Assembly: GCA_951406725.2 (NCBI GenBank)
Contig: OX597838.1
Span: 37,510,001 to 37,574,000 of the forward strand
Origin: Octopus vulgaris
Lineage: Eukaryota
DNA: 64,000 nucleotides
Direction of reading: 5' to 3'
A program made the position numbers and the translations under genes. Positions within the stretch are counted from its first letter, which is position 1. Every line of letters starts with the position of its first letter. The notes under the pieces are model-generated. The model saw nothing but the letters and a program-made list of their open reading frames with translations. It was not told the DNA's origin and did not search any database. Of this stretch, positions 34,571 through 46,386 are shown one piece after another.

Positions 34571-36640
34571 TATTTTATCAAATTAGCCATGGAGACCTTA
34601 CACTTACATAAAAATCAACAAGTCAATCAAACATAAAAAATACATTATCACTTTTCCATTCCTCCTCTTTCCGGATCCCCAGCCGAATATCTAGCCGCCT
34701 GCTGATCAGACCACGTTGACAGCCGGGAGTTCAGAAAGAAGGCGAAGTGCCTATTATCAAATGTTTGTGTCACACAGTGCCACAATTTATAACTCATCCT
34801 CAACATAACTTGTGCCCGCATCCTCTGCCATCCTCCACGCCTCTTTCAAAATCGAATCGAGTTCCGTGTCAGCGTTGCCCGGGTACAAGCGATATTCCTC
34901 ATTGAGCCCCTTCGGCCTAAACGTCACGTCAAACGTTATGGCCTCGACAGCTATCTGCGGAGGCCATTCGGGGTCCTGTGGGAAGGCTAAAGGTGCTCCC
35001 TTATGGTGCTTTTCCATCACCTTTTCAATCTCTCCGCCTCTATAGAAGAAGATCAATACTTCGTCTTCCTCCGGGGTCGGGATATCCAATTCTTCCGTTG
35101 GCGGCACAGTTCCCGCCAACGGTGTTTCTTCTCCTGCCGGTGGCACAACCCCAACCGACGTAGTTCCGGGACATTCCGGTACTATGTCACCGACTGCCGG
35201 CAATGTTCCGTTTCTCTTCCTCTTCCTTTTTTTTCTTCTTTTCAACTGAGGGAGGGTACGTCTCTTCCGTGGCCGGAAGATTCGCCTTCCCCTCCTCATC
35301 CCTAGGATCCTTCGGTGAGCACCCATTGTTGCTCACCTTCCTCTTTCGGCCCTTGTTTGAGAAGTCCTCCGCTTCCTCGGCCGCCTTCATTCCCTCTTCT
35401 ACAGGGGTCTCACTCAACTGTTCTGGGACCTTATTTTGTTCCCGGGAACAGTTTCTCTTTATATGGCCGGACCCCAGGCACCGATGACATCTGGGGGGGG
35501 GGGGCGACCCACAAGTATCACCGGGTACCTGCACCCGGCCATTTTAAAAAAATCTGGAAAAACCAGATTGGCCGATTGGGTCCAAAGGGTCAAAACAGCT
35601 TTTGGCCCAACCCAGTCAACCGCAGGAAGAACTTTCACATTAAGAAGCTTGGTCCCGCTGCCACCCAGACCCCGGCGGATAGTCTCCTCTATCCACTCGG
35701 GTTTTATCCCGGGTGGTGGCAACCCGCAGACCCAAGCTTTCGTCACCCTCCTCTCATAATACGCGGGAAGGAACAAAATTTTCTCACCCTCCAAGGGTTG
35801 ACTCGCAAATTTGTGAGCCATTTCAGGGGTATCAAATACCAACCATACCGTTGCATATCTGACAAATACTCTGCCAACTTCTTTTCAATTGCCATCTTTT
35901 CGAATAGGGCGATGGTGTCGAGTGACTTGGAGTAGGTTCTCAACACCACCGCCCTATCTTCACGGTCTTTCAACCACTTTTTGGGCGCTATAATCTCCCA
36001 CTCCAAAATTTTATCTTTTTTCATTGCCATGTTTCTTTTTCTTTTTTTTTTGAAAATATATTCAAAATAAAACTTAAAAAGCGAGAAGAAAAAAGAAATC
36101 AAAAGAAAGTCACAATAAACAAAAAGGAGAAGGTCAAATAAAGTTTAGAAGAAAGAAAGTCAATGGTTCAGGAACACAGCAAAAAATTCTTCCGGCCATT
36201 CGGTACTCCCGGCCTAGGTTGAACCCGGAACGCCACAACTGGAACACAACTTCCACAAAAATTGATATACAAATTGTTCAATCTTCGGAGGCAAAAACAC
36301 TCCCCCAAACAGCAGTTCTCACAATTATTAAAGTTCTTCAAAAGGCACAATACAAGCAATAATTCTCATAATTAAGTGAGAAAAAATATTCACCCAACAT
36401 AAACCGAAGACGAATACGCCCCCAAACAAAAATTCTCACAATTCAGCGAGAAAAATTATTTGCCCCATGTAGGACTTCCTGCCTCTACAAAAACAATTCT
36501 CAACAAAATTTCCTACTGTACCCAAAAAACAGAATCTTACCTTACAATGGAGCTTCAAAATTTTTCAATTCGAGACGGTTTCAAAAGCATGTCTCACCTC
36601 TTTGGTGCCGAACACTACAATTATTCGCACATGCGCAGAG
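34571..36640 (-). mobile_element. ~2.1-kb ORF1-only (HAL1-like) non-autonomous retroelement of L1/Tx1-like type
   Basis: ~600-bp 5' UTR, one gag-like ORF with a CCHC knuckle, ~215-bp 3' UTR ending AAATAAA; no RT or EN; flanked by SINE-head target sequence. Confidence 0.75.
34787..36030 (-). pseudogene. ORF1/gag-like nucleic-acid-binding protein (~410 aa, CX2CX4HX4C knuckle), about 3 frameshifts
   Basis: MAMKKDKILEWEII...; VFDTPEMAHKF...VTKAWVCGLPPPGIKPEWI...YPVILVGRPP; RCHRCLGSGHIKRNC; a basic/acidic linker; C-terminal domain ...QDPEWPPQ...DTELDSILKEAW...EDEL*. Pieces lie in ORFs 35743..36102, 35459..35842, 35187..35534 and 34787..35326. Confidence 0.8.
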
Positions 36641-36689
36641 GAAGCAAACCTTTTACCACACAACTACGCCTGATCTATCTACCTATCAC

Positions 36690-36727
<38 letters not shown>

Positions 36728-36750
36728 GAGATAGGTAGATAAATAGATAA

Positions 36751-36824
<74 letters not shown>

Positions 36825-36930
36825 GGACACACAGAAGGAATAAGTGGACGGATAGACACAGATAAATCGATAGATATATAGATAGATTGATAGATAAATA
36901 GATAAATTGATAGAGAGCGAGATAGATAAG

Positions 36931-36982
<52 letters not shown>

Positions 36983-36998
36983 CAGAGAGGTAGATAAG

Positions 36999-37037
<39 letters not shown>

Positions 37038-37087
37038 GTAGATAAGTAGATATATAGATAAGTAGATAGATAGATAAGTAGACAGAC

Positions 37088-37155
<68 letters not shown>

Positions 37156-37472
37156 GAGTGAGAGATAGAGAGATAAGAGACGGACATAGCGGAATACGAT
37201 GACGTATATGCATGTCTTCGGGTGTTCTTCGCCAGTCTCCCCGAGGATGAGACAGTTTGTACTGGGTTAAATGATATCACACGATGGCAGAAGTAAGACC
37301 TGACCCGATCTGACATTTACTATCGTTATAAATATATATTTACATGTTGGGATTATGCTTCTAGACTACTTAATGATTCTCTTGAAAACTTGTTTATAAC
37401 TACTTACGTCTAAATAGACTTGGATGGCTACTTCAATGGCTGATTATGTTGGCAAATAATATCTTATTCATT

Positions 37473-37537
<65 letters not shown>

Positions 37538-37542
37538 CACAC

Positions 37543-37578
<36 letters not shown>

Positions 37579-37737
37579 GCATATACGAAGAAAGAGAGAG
37601 AGACAGACAGATAGATGGAGACACAGGGCGGGAGAGAGAGATTGACGATATATAGATATACATCTATCTCTCTATATAACATGCATGTACGTGCATATTG
37701 TTGAACATACACATGCAGATATATATTCATATATATA

Positions 37738-37768
<31 letters not shown>

Positions 37769-37811
37769 CTGTGTGTGTGTATGTGTGTGTGTGTAATTTC
37801 ATACATATATA

Positions 37812-37915
<104 letters not shown>

Positions 37916-38043
37916 CATATACATACATACATACTCACACATACTGTATGTATTTTTGTATGTATGTGTGAGCGATTAGCGACATCGTAAAAACTGATTT
38001 CTGCTTTCAAATATCTATATCATTAAAATGTAAAATGTGTATA

Positions 38044-38103
<60 letters not shown>

Positions 38104-38231
38104 AATATACATATATATGTATATATGTATATATATATATGTATATATATATACATATATGTGTATATATATGCATATATGTATATATATATATATGTAT
38201 ATATATGTATATATATATGTATATATATATG

Positions 38232-38321
<90 letters not shown>

Positions 38322-38322
38322 A

Positions 38323-38381
<59 letters not shown>

Positions 38382-38667
38382 TCTATATATGTACGTGTCG
38401 ATGTAGAAAAATAGGCAATAGTATTCTACTATATAGAAATATCTAATTACGTCGTGTTCGAGTCTGCGTCAGCATATGCGGAAGTACACTTAAAAACCTA
38501 TAAAATTCAATTAAACACCAGTAAGAGTGTGTGTGTGTACGCATATTCATGTGTGTGCGCGTGCGTGTGTGCGCACATAAACATGTATATGTACATATAT
38601 ACATACACATGCATATATATATATATATATATATATAGACATATGTTTGTATATCTGTATATGTATA

Positions 38668-38760
<93 letters not shown>

Positions 38761-38866
38761 ATATGTGTGTATGCGAATTGATAGGTAGATAGATAAATAG
38801 ACAGATAGATACACACATATATATATATATATATATGTATATAGATAGATAGATAGATAGATATAG

Positions 38867-38897
<31 letters not shown>

Positions 38898-38971
38898 CAT
38901 ATATATGTATTTATATATGTACGTATATATGAATTTGTGTATATATGGATGTGTATATATATATATGTATG

Positions 38972-39005
<34 letters not shown>

Positions 39006-39322
39006 CTCACATATTTAGCTTTGTGCTTACGCACATATGTGCACACTCGTATATACTTATACAGGCACTTAATACTTACTTCTGGCAGAAGTGTGTAGAA
39101 TCTTTTGTTATCTGTTTCATACGACTGTGTTGAACAGATTATGAACAGTTATCTTTGAGCATACTGTGGAGTAGCTAACAAGTATGGCTGAACAGACAGC
39201 CAAACATATCGGCCTCTACTTACAATTAAACACGCGATGTTAAAAGGAAATATAAGGATTGACATACAGGCACAAACGTACAAATGTATGTGTGTGTGTG
39301 TGTTTTTGTGCGAGCGTATATG

Positions 39323-39374
<52 letters not shown>

Positions 39375-39395
39375 CGCTTCCCATAATAACAGGAA

Positions 39396-39468
39396 TCTTA
39401 CTGAAGAGCCTACCTGAGTAAATAAATGTTATTTTTATTGCTGAAATAGGCGAAACTGCAGTCTAAGA
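39396..39468 (+). ncRNA. Minimal type I hammerhead ribozyme (canonical core)
   Basis: tctta CTGAAGA gccta-loop-taggc GAAA ctgcag TC taaga: stems I and II are perfect, stem III is palindromic, and the cleavage triplet is GUC. Confidence 0.85.
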
Positions 39469-39640
39469 AGAACTAAGTTTGTAAAAGTTTTTAATTTTCA
39501 TCTCATTAAATTTATCCAGCTTTTGTGTATCTAGTACACACTTCGCCTTTTAATGTACTTATATATGAATAATATATGGCGTGTCTTAGAACACCGGCGA
39601 TAATAATTAATTTTATTGTATCGCATTTGACTTTGTTTAC

Positions 39641-39708
<68 letters not shown>

Positions 39709-39729
39709 GCGTATACACATACACACATA

Positions 39730-40926
39730 TAGTGATATGACAGAAGTAGACAGACACTCCATAAAACATTGTTTTCTGTTTATTCTAAATTGTAAAGGTT
39801 TATATGTTTTATTAGTTGACATTTTTTAATGTTCCAGGTTCTATATGTGACTGTTTAATCCTGCCACGTACAATAGAAGCCTGGGAAGTGTCTGAATTTC
39901 AAAGAGGCTGTATTCTGGTTCATTCTGAAGTTGGACGCAGCGTAAAATCGCAGAAAACCTTGGGATCCCACTTTCTACAGTTAATAGAGTGGTTGTGCAA
40001 TTCACCAGAGAGGGGAAAGATGTCACATCACCTCGTCCAGATCAGCCATGGTCATCTGACATGACCCTTCTCTTTGTCAAGAGAAGTGTGACGGATAATC
40101 TTCGTTGCAAGGGCTTTGACATAGCTGAGCAAGTTGATGTCAGTCCCAGAACAGCTGTCATGTATCTCCACAAACTGGGCTACTATGGCAGAACAGCAAG
40201 AAAGAAGCCACTTCTTCGACCAGCCAACATCAAGCAGAGAAAATTTTAGGCCAGTGTGATGGCGGAGAGGCCATTAGCATTTTAGGATATTGTCACATTC
40301 TCTGATGAGTTTAGATTTACTGTATTTCCAGATAGTGATCGAGTGTGGGTCTGGAGACTCTTTGATCAAGAATTTGATGTGAAAAGATTGCAGCCGTCAT
40401 TGAAACAGACAGCTATTTCGTGATTGTCAGGAGAGTAATTTGACGCAATTGCTGATCAGAGCTTGTGGAGTGTGAGGGAAACATAAACTCAAATGAATAT
40501 GTGTCCATATTGCAGAAAGGACTCCTTCCACTTTTCTCCTATAGTGAGATGATTAAAGAAGCCTATTTATGGGAGACGGGGCTCCTTGTCACACGGCTAA
40601 AATGATCCTAGTTTTGTTGGATGAAAATGGCGTTAAAAACCTTCTATGGCCAAGCCAGTTACCTGGGACACAATGGACAGGACACTTCACAAAAAGAACA
40701 AGAGAGCATCTTCAAAGCCGGATTTTATGAGATGACTGCATGAAACTTGGTAAGAAATCCTTCAAGAAAATAATAGGGTCCTTACATTGACAAATGGAAA
40801 GGGCATGTCCACTAAACACTAAATATTGACATTGTAACACTTAATAAATAATTTGAATGTATAATTTCAGAGTTAAATAGATTTTAATGACTATACGGGT
40901 GTCTATTTACCTCTGTCAAGTCTGTG
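39730..40926 (+). mobile_element. Tc1-like transposon, decayed, with degenerate TIRs
   Basis: EVSEFQRGCI, LHKLGYYGRTARKKPLL, FSDEFRF, DGAPCHTAK, LWPSQ; ends tgacagaagtagacagacactc and gggtgtctatttacctctgtca are degenerate inverted repeats. Confidence 0.88.
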
Positions 40927-40971
40927 TATATGTATATTTGTTTTATGGGCTTCCATATACACACACACACA

Positions 40972-41011
<40 letters not shown>

Positions 41012-41040
41012 CATACAAAGACATACATATATATATATGC

Positions 41041-41153
<113 letters not shown>

Positions 41154-41334
41154 TATGTATGTATGTATGTAATTGTGTGTACGTTGTGCATGCATGTGTG
41201 TGTGTGCATGAGCACTAGGATTTCTGAAATGAATTGTACCCTAAAATAGTTGGCCTTGGGCCAAAATTCTTTCAGTTTTTGTCTATCCAATCCATTCACA
41301 ACGTTTTGTTCCGCCTGGGCTGCCATAGAAAACT

Positions 41335-41490
41335 CTTACCATGGGAAGATCTTCGAATTACTCTTCGAACTTGGCCACCAATTCAGCCTTGGTGTTGCAG
41401 ACAGAACGGTTGGTGTATTTCTCAACGCATGGGATTACAACTGGTGGAAATAGAGGGTCAGAAATTAGAGTTAGTGGAGTCATAGAAATT
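41335..41490 (-). mobile_element. Degenerate Tc1/mariner-superfamily transposase C-terminal relic
   Basis: Minus strand reads VEKYTNRSVCNTKAELVAKFEE*FEDLP, resembling the segment after the WPPxSPDLNP motif. Confidence 0.4.
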
Positions 41491-41524
41491 TTGCACAACT
41501 ACTTCTTACTCTTGTGGAGGCTTG

Positions 41525-42635
41525 TGGCTTAGCGTTTAGGTTGTCGGATGTTGTGTAGCTTAGCGTTTAGGTTGTCGTACTTAGTGTGACTTAGTGTTTA
41601 GGTTGTCGGATTTTGTGTAGCTTAGTGTTTAGGTTGTCGGATTTTGTGTAGCTTAGTGTTTAGGTTGTCGGATTTTGTGTAGCTTAGTGTTTAGGTTGTC
41701 GGACTTAGTGTGGCTTAGTGTTTAGGTTGTCGGATTTTGTGTGGCTTAGTGTTTGGGTTGTCGGACTTAGTGTGACTTAGTGTTTAGGTTGTCGGATTTT
41801 GTGTACCTTAGTGTTTACGTTGTCGGATTTTGTGTAGCTTAGTGTTTAGGTTGTCTGATTTTGTGTAGCTTAGTGTTTAGCTTAGTGTTTAGGTTGTGTT
41901 TAGTTTGTCGGACTTAGTGTAGCTTAGTGTTTAGGTTGTCGGATTTTGTGTAGCTTAGTGTTTAGGTTGCCGGACTTAGTGTAGCTTAGTGTTTAGGTTG
42001 TGTTTAGTTTGTCGGACTTAGTGTAGCTTAGTGTTTAGGTTGTCGGATTTTGTGTAGCTTAGTGTTTAGGTTGTCGGATTTTGTGTAGCTTAGTGTTTAG
42101 GCTGCCGGACTTAGTGTAGCTTAGTGTTTAGGTTGTGTTTAGTTTGTCGGACTTAGTGTAGCTTAGTGTTTAGGTTGTCGGATTTTGTGTAGCTTAGTGT
42201 TTAGGTTGTCGGACTTAGTGTAGCTTAGTGTTTAGGTTGTCGGATTTTATGTAGCTTAGTGCTTATGTTGTCGGACTAAGTGTAGCTTAGTGTTTAGGTT
42301 GTCGTACTTAATGAGGCTTAGTGTTTAGGTTGTCGGATTTTATGTAGCTTAGTGTTGAGGTTGTCGGACTTAGTGTGGCTTAGTGCTTAGGTTGTCGTAC
42401 TTAATGAGGCTTAGTGTTTAGGTTGTCGGATTTTATGTAGCTTAGTGTTGAGGTTGTCGGACTTAGTGTGGCTTAGTGCTTAGGTTGTCGGATTTTGTGT
42501 AGCTTAGTGTTTTGGTTGTCGAATTATCTATAGCTTTGTGTTTAGGTTGTCGGATTTTGTGTTGCTTAGTGTTTAGGTAGTCAAGTTTTGTGTGGCTTAG
42601 TGTTTAGGTTGTCGTACTTAGAGTTTAGGTTGTCA
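41525..42635 (+). repeat. ~29-bp minisatellite (~38 units, gcttagtgtttaggttgtcggattttgtgta)
   Basis: Directly visible tandem array with two main variants, ggatttt and ggactta. Confidence 0.97.
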
Positions 42636-42659
42636 GGGATGGATGTACCATAGTGATTT

Positions 42660-42880
42660 CGGTGTCGTACCCGTCATGATACGATTGTGGTTTTGATTCC
42701 TGGACCGGGCAGTGCGTTCTAGTCTTGAGCAAAAACTTCATTTCACCTTCTCCAATCCACTCAGCTGGCATAAATGAGTAATCCTGCAACGGACCGGCGT
42801 CCCGTCCAGGTGAGGAATCCATACGCCTTGAAACCGGGAAACCTGCCGTTAGCTGTCGCTATGACTCGAGAAGGTAACGT
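42660..42880 (+). mobile_element. SINE C-like body continuing after the minisatellite
   Basis: gattgtggttttgattcctggaccggg (B-box-like), cttgagcaaaaacttcatttcac, actcagctggcataaatgagta, gaaaccgggaaac. Confidence 0.7.
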
Positions 42881-43406
42881 ACACTTTTTTTCTTTTTTTA
42901 CTTTACTTCTTACTCTTTCTGTAGGTATGGCGAGGTGTTAAATCCTGCTGCCACACATATGGTCTTCCAGTAGCAACCCTCCCTAGCCAACGACTGACAA
43001 GCCTCTAGCTGCTTGCTACACATAGCCATCTGAATTGTGACTAAAGACTCTGTCCAAGGAGCCTAGAATGAATTCCGGCATAAGGATGCAGGTCAGAATG
43101 CTTGCTGTGTCCCACCCTGCTGGTCACGGCTTCATAGTATCCGTTCCGGCTATCCATGTCCCGTCGTACAACCGTCACAGTTTTCGCAGAGCAACACGAA
43201 TTATCACGATACATGTGACCCTTTTTCAATGCTCAGATGGCTTCCACTGGTGCATTTGAACTAAATTTCTCTCAACTACAGCGTTAATCTTTATACCCTC
43301 CAACGCCGTTGACTGTTTACCATTACACCAATGTGTTCCCAAAAAGTAACAAAGGAAATATAAAATGCGTGAAAAGTACCCCGAATACTTTGTGTGTGTG
43401 TGTGTG

Positions 43407-43456
<50 letters not shown>

Positions 43457-43461
<5 letters not shown>

Positions 43462-43681
43462 CATTATTTACAATTGACGGATATTTGTCCTCATCTTGTT
43501 TGTTGTTAACACAACGTTTCGGCTGATATACCCTCCAGCCTTCATCAGGTGTCTTGGGGAATGAGAACCTGGATTCTTATTCCTAAGGTATTTTTCGATG
43601 TTGTTGTTGTTATTATTATTATTATTATCATTATTACTATTATTATTTTTATTTTTTATTTTATTATTATTATTATTATAA

Positions 43682-43745
<64 letters not shown>

Positions 43746-43866
43746 GCATTCTTAACCACTATGCCATATGCCCACATGTATATGGCGTGGTGGTTAAGAG
43801 CGCGGGCTACTAACCCCAAGATTCCGAGTTCGACTCCAGGCAGTAACCTGAATAATAGTAATAATA

Positions 43867-43938
<72 letters not shown>

Positions 43939-44119
43939 TCGAAAAATACCTTAGGAATAAGAACCCAGTTTCGAAATTTTCCTCAAGACACCTGATGAAG
44001 GCTGAAAGGCATATCAGCCGAAACTTTGTGTTAACAACAAAGATGAGGACAAATATCCTTCAATTGTAAATAATGTAAATAATGTACATGATTCCTCATC
44101 TCTTAAATATTGAACTGTA
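43457..44119. mobile_element. Head-to-head inverted pair of a tRNA-head + (AAT)n + hammerhead-tail element
   Basis: The arms 43457-~43610 and ~43935-44080 are reverse complements; the tRNA-like head at 43783-43845 has A and B boxes. Confidence 0.8.
43508..43553 (-). ncRNA. Minimal hammerhead ribozyme (second copy on + at 43987-44032)
   Basis: gacac CTGATGA a ggctg-gagggtatat-cagcc GAAA cg TT gtgtt; palindromic aacgtt stem III. Confidence 0.7.
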
Positions 44120-44241
44120 TTATATTTATATATATTAAGATAAACAACAAGGATATCCAGTGGTCTGGATAATATATGTTTCTCTCCCTGTTTATCAGTC
44201 TATCTATCTATCTATATATGTATATATATATATATAAAGAA

Positions 44242-44286
<45 letters not shown>

Positions 44287-44378
44287 CACCCTAACCACTA
44301 TGGTACATACATCCCCGACAACCTAAACTCTAAGTATCTATCTGTCTATTTCTTTATATATATATATACATATATATA

Positions 44379-45643
44379 TTAAGGTATGTAGAAAAATACA
44401 ACATGGACAAGAACGTATAACTCTTAGAAGACGATACAATAAACACAGACAGGACATTCGAAACCCTCAGTCTTCAGTCAAGAACCGGATCATCGTAGTA
44501 ATTTCGGCTGATTAATCTTGAGATTACTAGATCACGGCCAGCCCTCCAAGAAAAACTAAGCAACGAGCATTAGAAAAACTAAGCTGGGAGCGTAGATTTC
44601 CTGGAAGAAGGATCGAATGCATACGGACACCAGGACAGCAAAAGGGACGAATATAAAAAAACAAAAAAATAATGGAATACAGAAACATGAAATACAGAAG
44701 CATTAACGGTGAAAACAACAACAAGTGTCTTACGACTGATAACAAGCAAACAAATTATTTCTCTGGCGCAAGGAAAGGAGCCTTATCGGCGATGCCTATA
44801 GCGGCGGACGAAAAACAACGATGTTAACACGACGCTGGTCAGAAGCTGAAAGGCAGATTTCGGCCAGCAGTCACGTGACAGAGAAGAGAGAAAAGAAAAG
44901 AAAGAGAAGCAACGGAAGAGAGAGAGAGAGGAGAGAGAAAGAGAGAGAGAGGAGGGACAAACGCAACAAAGAGAGAGAAGAGAGAGAAAGAAGGAATCAG
45001 AGAGGAGAAGGGATGGGTGTCGAAGATTGACCTGTGAGTGCAGAGCGAGACAAAGAATTAGGAGGGTAGTGGAAGATTAGACCAAAGAATCAGAGGAAAG
45101 AGAAGAGAAAAAGAGGATGAGTAGAGAGAGAAGGGGACAGATCAAGTAAAAGTGAGAGAGAGAGAGAGAGACAAACAAAGAGTCGTACCAGTTATTAAGA
45201 ATATGTGCTCACATTAATGTTAAGAGGGTACGTGGCGCCTGGAATATATGTTAAGGTATGTAGAAAAATACAACATGGACAAGAACGTATAACTCTTAGA
45301 AGACGATACAATAAACACGGACAGGACATTCGAAACCCTCAGTCTTCAGTCAAGAACCGGATCATCGTAGTAATTTCGGCTGATTAATCTTGAGATTACT
45401 AGATCACGGCCAGCCCTCCAAGAAAAACTAAGCAACGAGCATTAGAAAAACTAAGCTGGGAGCGTAGATTTCCTGGAAGAAGGATCGAATGCATACGGAC
45501 ACCAGGACAGCAAAAGGGACGAATATAAAAAAACAAAAAAATAATGGAATACAGAAACATGAAATACAGAAGCATTAACGGTGAAAACAACAACAAGTGT
45601 CTTACGACTGATAACAAGCAAACAAATTATTTCTCTGGCGCAA
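44379..45643. mobile_element. Non-coding element with 393-bp direct repeats around a GA-rich ~480-bp core, in a (TA)n context
   Basis: 44379-44771 and 45251-45643 are identical except for one visible substitution (offset 872). Confidence 0.85.
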
Positions 45644-46010
45644 TATATTTATATATATATATATATGTATATGTATCACATATATGTTATACATTATATA
45701 AATATGTTTCTCTCCGTTTGTCAGTATATCTATCTATATATCTATCTATCTATCTATCGTTTCATGCGACTCCATTTAATTGAACAATGCAATCATTACA
45801 TCAATTTAAAATGTAGAGCAATCTTCAGCTGCATAAAAACATAGAATTTAATTAAATTCGAAGGACAGATTAGTATAATTTTACCCAAAATCCCCAAGAG
45901 GATAAGAAGATAGACAAAGAACATGTTTTACAAACGACATCATAGTTGTAACTGTGACAGTTACACTTATACTAATGTGTCCTTGAAATTTAATGAAATT
46001 CTATGTTTTT

Positions 46011-46099
46011 ATGCAGCTGAAGATTGCTCTACGTTTTAAATTGATGTAATGATTGCATTGTTCAATTAAATGGAGTCGCATGAAACGATCTTACTGCAT
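46011..46099 (+). ncRNA. Hammerhead-like motif within a 94-bp inverted repeat (45756-45849 / 45996-46089)
   Basis: atgcag CTGAAGA ttgc...gcat GAAA cgatc TTA ctgcat; stem I is perfect, stems II and III are imperfect. Confidence 0.6.
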
Positions 46100-46208
46100 C
46101 ACCTCTGGATATCGTTGTTGCTTATTTTAATTTTAATCACCTTATTTTAAATTGCATGGATAATACCGTACTAAATTCTGGTGCCCCAACTTAAGTACCA
46201 TATTCATC

Positions 46209-46286
<78 letters not shown>

Positions 46287-46314
46287 TAGATAGATAAATA
46301 GATAGATAAATAGT

Positions 46315-46386
<72 letters not shown>

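Noticed and set aside
41525-42635. CRISPR array or telomeric repeat (contains TTAGG)
   Set aside because: There are no unique spacers or cas genes and the context is eukaryotic. TTAGG occurs once per 29-bp unit rather than in tandem, and a SINE-head origin explains the unit.
42920-43390. Complex sequence that might be an exon or LINE 5' region (likewise 37190-37460, 46560-46980 and 50175-50520)
   Set aside because: No recognisable motif or convincing frame; left unassigned.
43783-43850. Functional tRNA gene (also the SINE heads at 30630, 33941 and 60145)
   Set aside because: A and B boxes are present, but there is no complete acceptor stem and each head runs into a repeat body.
44445-44485. 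Hammerhead on the minus strand of the 393-bp direct repeat (CTGAAGA...CGAATGTC)
   Set aside because: No convincing stem II and the GAAA is incomplete.
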